57,627 bases of DNA from Cellvibrionales bacterium UBA1963 (GTDB lineage Bacteria; Pseudomonadota; Gammaproteobacteria; Pseudomonadales; UBA7434): positions 1 to 57,627 of the forward strand of contig DDED01000177.1 of assembly GCA_002336035.1 (NCBI GenBank), given 5' to 3'. The translations under genes and the position numbers were made by a program. The notes beneath the pieces were generated by a model. That model saw only the letters and a list, made by a program, of their open reading frames with translations. It did no database searches and was not told where the DNA came from. Of the stretch, positions 10,469-19,647 are shown piece by piece (positions within the stretch are counted from its first letter, which is position 1; the number at the start of each line of letters is the position of its first letter).

Positions 10469-10774
10469 TTAATTAAAACGAATCTTATCGCGATTTTTTT
10501 CGACCAATGCAGCGCCTACCCCTTGCACTGTAGTGAGCTCATCAATTGAATGAAAATCACCGTGCTTAGAGCGATGCTCAACAATTGCTGCGGCTTTTAT
10601 CATTCCTATGCCCAATAAATGATTAGCCAGTTGAACAGAACTGGCTTTATTTATATCAATTCGCAATACCGTTGCGTCCATCACAACGGTATTATCTTCG
10701 GCACTGACACTGACTGACCCTAAAAAAGAGCATAAGAAAAGTAAAATAATTAATCTAAATGAAAAATTCATCAT
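10469..10774 (-). CDS. ComEA-like periplasmic helix-hairpin-helix DNA-binding protein
   Basis: Signal peptide followed by INKASSVQLANHLLGIGMIKAAAIVEHR...GDFHSIDELTTVQGVG (tandem HhH). Confidence 0.85.
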   Translation of the reverse strand: MMNFSFRLIILLFLCSFLGSVSVSAEDNTVVMDATVLRIDINKASSVQLANHLLGIGMIKAAAIVEHRSKHGDFHSIDELTTVQGVGAALVEKNRDKIRFN

Positions 10775-10933
10775 CAGTAAATCCTCTGTGTTAAAAAATC
10801 GAAGTAGAAAAATTTTTTCAAATTTAAAGTTATTGTTTTAAAAATACGGGAAAGATCATTGAATTCTAATAAGGCTAACGTATTAACTATGCAGCGCACC
10901 AAAATAGACAGCCTAGCTAACGCTTGCTTTTGA

Positions 10934-11680
10934 ATGCAAACTTCTTATTCCATTATTCATCAACTAACAACAGCAACAGTTGAGCATAAAAAAATGCAAG
11001 CAACCGTAAATAAATGTGAAATATTAAAATGCATTAGAATCGCTATAGCACCATTTTTTCTAAGCCTTTTAATTATGCCTATGATGACGATAGGCTGCTG
11101 GGCAAGCACCGTATTTATTAATGAATTTCATTACGATAATATTGGCGCAGATGTGAATGAGCGGATCGAAATTGCGGGGCCAGCAGGAACAAGGTTACAT
11201 GATTGGCAGCTTATATTTTATAATGGTAGCAATGGGGAAAATTACTTCAAAAAAAATCTCGCCGGTGTCATCGTCAACCAATATAACGGCTATGGTACGT
11301 TAAGCTTTACTGTACCTTCAATTCAAAATGGACCGGCTGATGCAATCGCACTGGTCGACAGCCATCACAATGTCATTGAGTTTATTAGTTATGAGGGGAG
11401 CTTGATTGCTGTTAATGGCCTAGCAGCTGGATTGCAAAGCACAGATGTTGGCATCGTCGAGACGGGAACATCCGACCCAGATAACAGCATTCAACGGCAA
11501 GGCATCGGGTTACATGACCGTGATTTTTACTGGCAGATAGCTACCGCTAGCCCAAATGCCATTAATCAGCAGCAAACATTTGAAGCTGTCATTATTCCTT
11601 TACCAAACAGTGGGTGGTTATTTATGGGCGCCGGTGGGATATTAGCCCGCTTTAAATGCCGCCGATCGAACCTATTGTAG
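10934..11680 (+). CDS. Secreted lamin-tail-domain (LTD)-like protein with a PEP-CTERM-like C-terminal sorting tail
   Basis: VFINEFHYDN...ERIEIAGPAG...WQLIFYNGSNG...IQNGPADAIALVD...FISYEG resembles the N-terminal LTD module of ExeM/NucH/Xds-type extracellular nucleases. The tail is IPLPNSGWLFMGAGGILARFKCRR. The likely true start is ATG 10994 (MQATVNK..., signal peptide). Confidence 0.7.
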   Translation: MQTSYSIIHQLTTATVEHKKMQATVNKCEILKCIRIAIAPFFLSLLIMPMMTIGCWASTVFINEFHYDNIGADVNERIEIAGPAGTRLHDWQLIFYNGSNGENYFKKNLAGVIVNQYNGYGTLSFTVPSIQNGPADAIALVDSHHNVIEFISYEGSLIAVNGLAAGLQSTDVGIVETGTSDPDNSIQRQGIGLHDRDFYWQIATASPNAINQQQTFEAVIIPLPNSGWLFMGAGGILARFKCRRSNLL

Positions 11681-12379
11681 CTCGTCAATCAATGCCCTCA
11701 AGGCTACTAATGGATCTAAAGATTGAGTGATCGGCCTACCAATTACGAGGTAATGACTGCCTTGGTCTATGGCTTGACGCGCAGTAAGCGTTCGACGCTG
11801 ATCATCACCCGCCATTGAAATCGGTCGAATGCCTGGCGTGACTAACGTGAATTCCTTGCCGCAATTATGGCTCAGTTGACTAGCCTCCTGCGCTGAACAA
11901 ACAACCCCGTCGAGTCCTGACTCCTTCGCAGAAAGCGCTAATGCCATTACCTGTTCAGTCAGTGGTCGCTGCACACCGGTCAACACTAAATCTTGATCAT
12001 TCATACTGGTTAGCACGGTAACTGCAATCAATTGCGTTGAGGCATCCAATTCATTAATTGCCGCTTTGGCGGCGGTCATCATCCGTTGTCCACCAACTGC
12101 ATGAACATTCGTCATCCAAATGCCCTTCGCCGCGATAACAGTAATTGCCTTAGCCACGGTAGTTGGAATATCGTGAAATTTAAGATCAAGAAAAACCTCA
12201 TAACCCTTGCCATGTAACATGTCAACAATAGGCATACCACACGCTGTAAACAATTCTTTACCCACTTTGGCTCGGCACAATGTCGGTGATAATTGTTCAG
12301 CTAATAGAGTAGCACTGGCCATATCAGCACAATCAAATGCGACGATAATTGGGCTCAGTTGATCATCCTTTTTTGTCAT
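11672..12379 (-). CDS. pyrF: Orotidine-5'-phosphate decarboxylase
   Basis: DLKFHDIPTT motif, 235 aa, conserved lapB-pyrF context. The 3' end overlaps the convergent LTD gene by 9 nt. Confidence 0.95.
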   Translation of the reverse strand: MTKKDDQLSPIIVAFDCADMASATLLAEQLSPTLCRAKVGKELFTACGMPIVDMLHGKGYEVFLDLKFHDIPTTVAKAITVIAAKGIWMTNVHAVGGQRMMTAAKAAINELDASTQLIAVTVLTSMNDQDLVLTGVQRPLTEQVMALALSAKESGLDGVVCSAQEASQLSHNCGKEFTLVTPGIRPISMAGDDQRRTLTARQAIDQGSHYLVIGRPITQSLDPLVALRALIDELQ

Positions 12380-12444
12380 AATCGTTTTTCTCTTTTTTCA
12401 CTTGACGTCCAGTCAAAGACGCTATCATGCTGGCAGGCAATCAG

Positions 12445-12481
12445 ACCGTTACCATTAATGTTGAAACTCAATGGTAACGGT
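12445..12481. repeat. Perfect 12-bp inverted repeat (ACCGTTACCATT / AATGGTAACGGT) with a 13-nt spacer
   Basis: Read directly. It lies between the lapB stop (12488) and the pyrF start (12379). No U-tract follows on either strand. Confidence 0.6.
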
Positions 12482-12487
12482 ATAGAT

Positions 12488-13711
12488 TCAATCAAACTCA
12501 CCGTTTTTTAAACTCGACATTTGGTCCCATTTTTTACAGCCAGGACACCGCCAATGCAGTTGACGACCAGAAAAACCACAATGACCGCATCGATAATTTA
12601 AGCGCTTTTCGAGTAAATCTTTTAATACATCATGAAGATTACGGACCTCATTAGCCACTTCACCGTTTAAACTCGGCAACCGTAAATTAATTAATTTATT
12701 TAAACCAATCAGTGACGGGTGATAATGCAAATACTTCACCAGCATATCAGAAGCAACAGCGAATGATTGCGAATACTGATCAGCGCGCGCCAGTTGCTGA
12801 TCGACGGCAAAGAGTAAGCCCTGCACCTGCATTTTATCGGCTAATTTATTGTCAATCTCATGCAAAAAACGTTCGAAACCTTTGTCTTGATAAACCCCTT
12901 CGTAGGTATTGAGTAAATCGGGTAATAGCTCAGTAATAAAATCTGGATTATCGATAATGGCTTTGTTAAGCACTTTCAATGCTGACTTATAGGTCCCTGC
13001 TTGATTATAGAGACGACTCAGCAATAAAGAGGCACGTAATGAACTTTTATCGATGGTTAATGCCTGCTCTAATTTTTTCTTATAACCTAAATGATCGCCT
13101 TTAAGCCTATCTTCTTCTGCTAATTCACAGTGAAAATGAGCAATCATTTTTATCATTGACAGCCGTTTATTATCGGTAGATTTAAAAAATCGGCTACCTA
13201 GCAGCGCCTCGCCAATAACAATAGCCTGTTGCCACTCACCTTCATCTTGGTAAATTTCAATTAAAAATCGCTGGGCAGTACTGCGCAATTCAGCTGACTC
13301 AGAAATCACCTCTTTAAGCAACATTTCGGCCCTGTCAAGCAAGCCGGCCGCCATAAAATCTCGACCCAACTCGAGGTGTATATGATGCTGTTGTGTATTG
13401 TCCAATAACGGTCGCGCCAGTAAGTTTTGATGAATACGAATCGCACGGTCAACTTGACCTTGTTTTCGCATTAACTTCCCTAGCGCCAAGTGAGTCTCTA
13501 AGGTGTTTTTATTCACGTCTAACGAGTCAACAAAAGCATCAACCGCTTTATCAGGCTGCTCATTTAATAAAAAGTTTAGGCCTTGAAAATAGCTTTTACT
13601 GGCCTGTGGGTTAAACTCAGATGACTGCTTTTTTCTCAATGATCGGCGACCCAAATAAAAACCAATCGCAATCGCTAACGTGATGATAATGACAAAAGAA
13701 AAGTCCTGCAT
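12488..13711 (-). CDS. lapB: Lipopolysaccharide assembly protein B (TPR plus rubredoxin-like zinc finger)
   Basis: N-terminal TM segment, TPR repeats and a C-terminal CGHCGF...CPGC motif. It follows lapA with a 3-nt gap. Confidence 0.92.
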   Translation of the reverse strand: MQDFSFVIIITLAIAIGFYLGRRSLRKKQSSEFNPQASKSYFQGLNFLLNEQPDKAVDAFVDSLDVNKNTLETHLALGKLMRKQGQVDRAIRIHQNLLARPLLDNTQQHHIHLELGRDFMAAGLLDRAEMLLKEVISESAELRSTAQRFLIEIYQDEGEWQQAIVIGEALLGSRFFKSTDNKRLSMIKMIAHFHCELAEEDRLKGDHLGYKKKLEQALTIDKSSLRASLLLSRLYNQAGTYKSALKVLNKAIIDNPDFITELLPDLLNTYEGVYQDKGFERFLHEIDNKLADKMQVQGLLFAVDQQLARADQYSQSFAVASDMLVKYLHYHPSLIGLNKLINLRLPSLNGEVANEVRNLHDVLKDLLEKRLNYRCGHCGFSGRQLHWRCPGCKKWDQMSSLKNGEFD

Positions 13712-13714
13712 GAC

Positions 13715-14005
13715 TTAACGTGTTTCGCCAGTAATAAGTTGTGAGGTGGTGCGCAAACGTTTTTCTGCGTTTAAGCGAGCGCGTCGCTCTTTGAATAAGA
13801 GCCAACTAGAAACCAGCAAACCGAGTAAACCACCACTGATGAAAAAACCAATGAAGCTATGCGAAATAGCCATCGGGGGTAATTGCTTAAATAAAAGGTC
13901 GACCCCCACTACGGTAGGATTACGAGTGATAAAGGCAGCGCACAGTAAAACAATGATGCTAACAAGAATAATGACTAATAGAGTTTTGAAGATCCGCATA
14001 AGCAC
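13715..14005 (-). CDS. lapA: Lipopolysaccharide assembly protein A (YciS/DUF1049)
   Basis: 96 aa, two TM helices and a basic C-terminus, immediately upstream of lapB. Confidence 0.8.
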   Translation of the reverse strand: MLMRIFKTLLVIILVSIIVLLCAAFITRNPTVVGVDLLFKQLPPMAISHSFIGFFISGGLLGLLVSSWLLFKERRARLNAEKRLRTTSQLITGETR

Positions 14006-14070
14006 GTCAATGATAAAGTTGATTCAAGCGGCATTATACCCTGTTGAAAGAAAATTATATGACTGATGCT

Positions 14071-14105
14071 AAAAAAAATGAAACGCTGGTGTCGACCAGC
14101 TTTTT
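14071..14105 (-). terminator. Bidirectional-looking intrinsic terminator after ihfB
   Basis: Stem GCTGGT (14085-14090), loop GTCG, stem ACCAGC (14095-14100). It is flanked by an A-run (14071-14078) and a T-run (14101-14105). Confidence 0.6.
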
Positions 14106-14137
14106 GTGAGGTAACCGTCTCAAAAGCCAGCGTACAT

Positions 14138-14452
14138 TTAAGCACTGAAATAAGTCGATTCGAAACTGTGAAGGCTGTCATTCACCCTGTCTCGCATCTC
14201 TTTACCTGGTTTGAAGTGCGGGACATGCTTGCCTGATAGCTGAACTTGCTCGCCCGTTTTAGGGTTTCGCCCAGTGCGTGCTGCCCGATAATGCAAACTA
14301 AAACTGCCAAAGCCTCGAATCTCGATACGATTGCCGGCCGCTAAGCCGTTTACCATTTGATCAATAACGCATTTAATGGCCAGCTCGACATCTTTTGTTG
14401 AGAGCTGCGCTTGACGAGTAGCGATCCTTTCAATTAATTCTGACTTAGTCAT
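14138..14452 (-). CDS. ihfB: Integration host factor beta subunit
   Basis: [11 protein letters not shown]... and [10 protein letters not shown] arm. Located downstream of rpsA, as in many gammaproteobacteria. Confidence 0.95.
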   Translation of the reverse strand: MTKSELIERIATRQAQLSTKDVELAIKCVIDQMVNGLAAGNRIEIRGFGSFSLHYRAARTGRNPKTGEQVQLSGKHVPHFKPGKEMRDRVNDSLHSFESTYFSA

Positions 14453-14650
14453 GATAGCGCCCTGAATAAAAAATTAGCCAATAGGAAAACCCTACTGTAT
14501 CAAGGTATTAGTATAGTCAAGGATAGAATCCGTTCCAGCTCTATGCACATAAAATCAAGGGCAAAATGCTTCATTACGAACCTAAGATGTTGATATAAAA
14601 GAGAAATATAAAAATAATTTTAGAGAAATTCTAGAGAAAAGAATGGATTA

Positions 14651-14677
14651 CCGCCAAAAAGCATGGCTTTTTGGCGG
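14651..14677 (-). terminator. Hairpin terminator after rpsA
   Basis: 12-bp perfect stem CCGCCAAAAAGC / GCTTTTTGGCGG with a 3-nt loop, about 30 bp after the rpsA stop. The downstream U-tract is only moderate. Confidence 0.55.
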
Positions 14678-14708
14678 TAATGTAAACAGCTAAAAGGCTA
14701 TTGGCCGT

Positions 14709-16388
14709 TTATTTATCGTCCATTTTGGCTTTGATGAGATCACCGATGGTGGTCGCAGCTGCCGCTGGAGCAGGTTCAGCATCACGGTGTTGACGCATAG
14801 CTTCTTGCTCGTCATCGACGTCTTTCGCTTTTAATGAAAGGCTTAACATGCGATTTTTACGATCGACATTCAAGACTTTCAATTCAAGTTCTTCCCCTTC
14901 TTTTAATACCGTTTTTAAATCTTCAACCTTATCGCGAGAAATTTCAGACGCTTTCAAAATGCCCTCTATATCATTGCCTAAATCAATCACTGCAGCTTTT
15001 GCATCTATCGATTTAACCGTGCCTTTAACGATCTTTCCTTTGTCGTTTTCAGCAACGAAATCTGAGAACGGATCTTCCTCTAACTGCTTAACTCCCAATG
15101 AAATTCGCTCTCGTTCAGAGTCAATCGCTAATATGACAGTTTCAATCTCGTCACCTTTATTGTAAATACGAACAGCTTCTTCGCCAGCTTCTGTCCATGA
15201 GATGTCTGACAAATGAACCAAACCATCAATATTACCCGTTAAACCAATGAAGATACCAAAATCAGTGATCGATTTAATCGTTCCGGAGATTTTGTCACCT
15301 TTCGCATGATCCGAACCGAAGGCATCCCAAGGATTTTGTTGACACTGTTTTATCCCCAGAGAAATTCTGCGACGATCTTCATCAATATCAAGAATCATCA
15401 CCTCAACTTCATCACCTAAATTGACGATCTTCGAGGGGTGGACATTTTTATTGGTCCAATCCATTTCAGATACGTGCACTAAGCCTTCAACACCCGTTTC
15501 GAGTTCAGCAAAACAACCATAATCAGTCAGGTTGGTAATGACCCCTTTAACAATAGTGTTTTGAGGGTAACGTCCCTTAATATCACCCCATGGATCTTCG
15601 CCTAATTGTTTTAATCCTAACGATACGCGATTTTTCTCGCGATCAAACTTCAATACTTTAACTTCTATCTCATCACCGACATTGACAATTTCACTGGGAT
15701 GCTTAATGCGCTTCCAAGCCATGTCAGTTATGTGAAGTAGGCCATCGATGCCGCCTAAATCAACAAAGGCGCCGTAGTCAGTAAGGTTTTTAACTACGCC
15801 AGGTACGCGTTGACCTTCTTCAAGATTTTCGAGTAATTGATCACGTTCAACGCTGTTGGCTTGCTCCATCACAGCTCGGCGAGACACCACAACATTGTTT
15901 CGCTTTTCATCAAGCTTAATCACTTTAAATTCTAGTGGCTTGCCCTCAAGGTGACTGGTGTCTCGAATCGGCCGAACATCAACCAGTGAACCCGGTAAGA
16001 AAGCGCGAATGGTTTTTACATCAACAGTGAAACCACCTTTGACCTTGCCGTTGATGACACCTGTAATTATTTCTTCTGCTTCAAACGCTTGCTCAAGCAC
16101 TTTCCAGGCTTCGGCGCGCTTGGCTTTTTCACGTGAAAGTTTCGTCTCGCCAAAACCGTCTTCGACGGCCTCTAAAGCGACTTGCACCATGTCGCCTATT
16201 GCAACGGTAATCTCACCGTTTTCATCAAAGAATTGGTTACGTGGAATGACACCTTCGGACTTTAAGCCCGCATGGACAGTGACCCAATCGTTATCGATGT
16301 CAAGAACAACACCCGTAATAATGGCACCCGGGTGCATTTCAATTGTTTTTAAACTTTCTTCGAATAAATCTGCAAAGCTTTCGCTCAT
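14709..16388 (-). CDS. rpsA: 30S ribosomal protein S1
   Basis: 559 aa with six S1 repeats (GxV...V..fGaFV.l). cmk-rpsA-ihfB context. Confidence 0.98.
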   Translation of the reverse strand: MSESFADLFEESLKTIEMHPGAIITGVVLDIDNDWVTVHAGLKSEGVIPRNQFFDENGEITVAIGDMVQVALEAVEDGFGETKLSREKAKRAEAWKVLEQAFEAEEIITGVINGKVKGGFTVDVKTIRAFLPGSLVDVRPIRDTSHLEGKPLEFKVIKLDEKRNNVVVSRRAVMEQANSVERDQLLENLEEGQRVPGVVKNLTDYGAFVDLGGIDGLLHITDMAWKRIKHPSEIVNVGDEIEVKVLKFDREKNRVSLGLKQLGEDPWGDIKGRYPQNTIVKGVITNLTDYGCFAELETGVEGLVHVSEMDWTNKNVHPSKIVNLGDEVEVMILDIDEDRRRISLGIKQCQQNPWDAFGSDHAKGDKISGTIKSITDFGIFIGLTGNIDGLVHLSDISWTEAGEEAVRIYNKGDEIETVILAIDSERERISLGVKQLEEDPFSDFVAENDKGKIVKGTVKSIDAKAAVIDLGNDIEGILKASEISRDKVEDLKTVLKEGEELELKVLNVDRKNRMLSLSLKAKDVDDEQEAMRQHRDAEPAPAAAATTIGDLIKAKMDDK

Positions 16389-16646
16389 AGTGAATAAACC
16401 TTAGGTAAGACGGCCAGTAACGCATTCAGTTTGGCGAAATAACACCAAAAATACGGTTATCTGTCCGGTCTATGCAACCAGCGCGCATAGAGCAATCAAA
16501 AAATGTTAATTAACGGTGTGCTGGCAAAAATACCGTTGAATTAACGCTCGGATCGAACTCAACATTAAGGCAACAATGCCCAAACGCAGACTATATTGAT
16601 ATATTTCAATATAGATTTTTAAATTCATTTATATCAGCCACTTAAC

Positions 16647-17333
16647 CTAAATAAGCGACCGCGCTCTTGCCTCACTGATAATCATTCCACAGACCTGATC
16701 AATGCTTAGATCAGTGCTATCGACGATTAAAGCGTCGTCTGCAGGACGCAGCGGTGATACGGCTCTGCGCATATCCGCGCGATCTCTGGCCGCTATTGCC
16801 TCAGTAAGGCGCGCGAGATTACCACTTTGGCCGTTATCGAGCAACTGTTTATGGCGGCGATTTGCTCTTTCTGTCACGGTAGCCGTCAAATAAATTTTTA
16901 AAGGTGCTTGCTCAAACACCACCGTTCCCATATCTCGCCCATCGGCAATCAAACCAGGAAATTCAGCAAACGCTCGCTGCCGTGCCAATAGAGCTGATCT
17001 TGCTGGTGCCATAGCCGCTACTTTCGAGGCCGCCATCCCCACATCTTCTGTACGAAGTTCAGCCGTCACATCAGTCCCTTCAAGGAATGCTCGGATCCCG
17101 TCTTGACCAGCAATAGAGGTAAAATGAACATCCAAGGCGTTACCCATAACCTGCAACGCGGCCTCATTATCTAGGGCAACGCTGTGATTGATTGCCGACA
17201 AAGCCAATAATCGATACAACATGCCACTATCGAGTAAATGCCAAGACAATGTTTCAGCGATTTGTTTGCACACTGCCCCCTTTCCCGCACCGCCAGGGCC
17301 ATCAACCGTAATAATAGGCACTAATGTCTTCAT
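16647..17333 (-). CDS. cmk: Cytidylate kinase
   Basis: ITVDGPGGAGKG P-loop, 228 aa. Confidence 0.95.
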   Translation of the reverse strand: MKTLVPIITVDGPGGAGKGAVCKQIAETLSWHLLDSGMLYRLLALSAINHSVALDNEAALQVMGNALDVHFTSIAGQDGIRAFLEGTDVTAELRTEDVGMAASKVAAMAPARSALLARQRAFAEFPGLIADGRDMGTVVFEQAPLKIYLTATVTERANRRHKQLLDNGQSGNLARLTEAIAARDRADMRRAVSPLRPADDALIVDSTDLSIDQVCGMIISEARARSLI

Positions 17334-17352
17334 AAACGTCTCAACGGATGCA

Positions 17353-18717
17353 TTAATCTTCTTTTAATTGAAAGCCCACCGAGCAAGCTAGAGCAGCAAA
17401 ATTTGGAAACGAAGTTGCTACATTATCGCATTCATGGATCACAATCTTAGCCGCTGATTGTAAACTAGCCACAGCAAATGCCATTGCGATACGGTGATCA
17501 TCCTGGCTTTGGATCTCTACCTTTTCATAACCTGAGCCTAAGCAGCCGCCTTCTATGATAGCGCCATCGGGAGTGCCTTTTGCTTGAATCCCCAAGGCAA
17601 CTAATCCGTCTACCATTGCTTGGATACGGTCACTTTCTTTCACTCGCAATTCCTCGGCACCGGTTAATACGGTCGTTCCTTTCGCGCAGGCAGCGGCAAT
17701 AAATAAAACGGGGAACTCATCAATTGCTAAAGGAACTAATGCTTCTGGGATATCGATGCCTGTTAAAGGCGCATATTGAACGCGGATGTCGGCAACTGGC
17801 TCACCACCCACTATTTTTTCATTGCTAAGGCTAAGGTTCGCACCCATCAATTCAAGGATTTGAATGACTCCGGTGCGTGTTGGATTTACGCCAACATGCC
17901 TAAGGGTAAGATCAGAATGTGGCACAATCGATGCCGCTACCATAAAGAATGCTGCTGAGGAAATGTCGGCGGGAATATCAATAGTGCTGGCTGTTAACTC
18001 GCCGCCCCCACTGAGACAGGAGCAGGCGCCATTGCGCGTTAAATGATAACCCATGCCCGCTAACATTCGCTCAGTATGATCGCGCGTAGGCGCAGGTTCG
18101 GTCGTTGACGTTTGTCCCTCCGCGTACATACCCGCTAACAAGACACAAGATTTAACCTGTGCACTGGCCATAGGCAAAAGGTAATCAATGCCTTGCAAGG
18201 ACGCACCGCCGTTAATGGTTATCGGAGGTCGGCCATTACTGGTCATTTCTATATTGGCGCCCATTAAACGCAAGGGCTCTACCACGCGCCCCATGGGTCG
18301 TGAAGATAAAGAATTGTCACCTGTTAAAGTAACAGAAAAATTTTGACCGGCTAACAAACCCACCAATAATCGCATAGACGTTCCAGAATTACCCAAGTAA
18401 AGCGAATCCTTTGGCTCTTTTAGGCCGTTCATTCCAACACCATGGACGACAACACGACCGTCCTCAGGGCCTTCAATAATAACGCCCATTGCCCTGAATG
18501 CGGCCAAGGTAGCTAACGCATCTTCGCCTTCTAAAAAGCCTTTAATATTGGTCTCGCCCTTTGCCAGCGAACCAAACATAATCGAACGATGGGAGATAGA
18601 TTTATCTCCTGGCACCCGAATATCACCGACAACGGGACGTTGATCTAACAAACCTGAACCTGTAATGAACTTCACCCTAGCATTTCCCTTAATAATTAAA
18701 TTAGCTGACAACGACAA
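17353..18717 (-). CDS. aroA: 3-phosphoshikimate 1-carboxyvinyltransferase (class II-type EPSP synthase)
   Basis: Motifs PGDKSISHR, SAQVK, RDHTE and NPTR. No ATG start. Candidate starts are TTG 18717 and GTG 18675 (AAGGGA upstream). Confidence 0.93.
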   Translation of the reverse strand: MSLSANLIIKGNARVKFITGSGLLDQRPVVGDIRVPGDKSISHRSIMFGSLAKGETNIKGFLEGEDALATLAAFRAMGVIIEGPEDGRVVVHGVGMNGLKEPKDSLYLGNSGTSMRLLVGLLAGQNFSVTLTGDNSLSSRPMGRVVEPLRLMGANIEMTSNGRPPITINGGASLQGIDYLLPMASAQVKSCVLLAGMYAEGQTSTTEPAPTRDHTERMLAGMGYHLTRNGACSCLSGGGELTASTIDIPADISSAAFFMVAASIVPHSDLTLRHVGVNPTRTGVIQILELMGANLSLSNEKIVGGEPVADIRVQYAPLTGIDIPEALVPLAIDEFPVLFIAAACAKGTTVLTGAEELRVKESDRIQAMVDGLVALGIQAKGTPDGAIIEGGCLGSGYEKVEIQSQDDHRIAMAFAVASLQSAAKIVIHECDNVATSFPNFAALACSVGFQLKED

Positions 18718-18723
18718 TTACGC

Positions 18724-19632
18724 TTATAGCTTATCCTGATCAATTCTTGCCGCCAAGGAAGCAACAAAATCGTTGCGTGAACGTCTAACGTCAGTAAAGA
18801 TGTCCTCCAAACCCTGGCCATCATCAGCCGCCAGCAGACTGCGCAAATGGGACACATGCCGCTCAAAACCATCGAGGGCATGATTCAATTCTGACTTGTT
18901 AGCTAATAAAATTTCACGCCACATTCTAGGCTCAGAGCTGGCAATGCGAGTGAAATCACGCAACCCACCAGCTGCAAAATTAAATACATCAAGTGACTCG
19001 TCCTCGGCGGTTAATTGCGCCACAATGGCGTACGCGAGAAAATGCGGTAAATGGCTGGTCAATGCCAAAATGCGATCATGATCTGCAATCGACATTTCAG
19101 ACACATGAGCACCTACTGCTTGCCAAAGCTGGCCAACCTTCGACAATAATCTTGCGTCCGTGGCTTGGCCGTTGCTTGTTTGATTGATTAGAATCACCCG
19201 ATGATGTTGATAAAGATCAGCTTGTGCCGCAGCCACACCGCTGCGTTCTGAGCCAGCAATTGGATGACCTAAAATAGCATTAGTCGGTATCGAACCAAAC
19301 GCCTGGGTTAAACTTTTAGCGATATTACCTTTAACGCTAGCAACATCAGTGACTGCGGTTGTGGCAGGCACTTGCTCCAGTGCTTGCTGCATAACGGACT
19401 CAGCCAAAATAGTCGGCGTTGCCACTACGACACAATCTGCAGCAGCTAACGCTAAAGATAAATCACTTTGCGCCTCGTCAATAACACCGCTGGCTAAAGC
19501 CGCTTGCAAAGTTGCATCGGTGCGACTCCAGCCGACTACTGTTTTCACAGCGCCTGCTTGCTTAGCCGCCAGCGCTAATGACCCACCCATTAAGCCTACG
19601 CCTAAAATCACTAATCGTTCAAAGATAATCAT
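18724..19632 (-). CDS. tyrA: Prephenate dehydrogenase
   Basis: Rossmann motif ILGVGLMGGS, then DVASVKG and GHPIAGSE. hisC-tyrA-aroA context. Confidence 0.92.
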   Translation of the reverse strand: MIIFERLVILGVGLMGGSLALAAKQAGAVKTVVGWSRTDATLQAALASGVIDEAQSDLSLALAAADCVVVATPTILAESVMQQALEQVPATTAVTDVASVKGNIAKSLTQAFGSIPTNAILGHPIAGSERSGVAAAQADLYQHHRVILINQTSNGQATDARLLSKVGQLWQAVGAHVSEMSIADHDRILALTSHLPHFLAYAIVAQLTAEDESLDVFNFAAGGLRDFTRIASSEPRMWREILLANKSELNHALDGFERHVSHLRSLLAADDGQGLEDIFTDVRRSRNDFVASLAARIDQDKL

Positions 19633-19647
19633 CGTTTTTTAGACCTC

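Noticed and set aside
10889-10933. 14-codon ORF abutting and in frame with the annotated start of the LTD gene.
   Set aside because: The likely true LTD start is ATG 10994, which begins the signal peptide. The upstream frame is simply interrupted by a stop, and there is no evidence for a functional uORF.
16591-16614. 9-bp inverted repeat CTATATTGA-6 nt-TCAATATAG downstream of cmk and upstream of rpsA.
   Set aside because: It is entirely AT-rich, forms a weak hairpin and lies in a promoter-rich spacer. I cannot distinguish it from chance.
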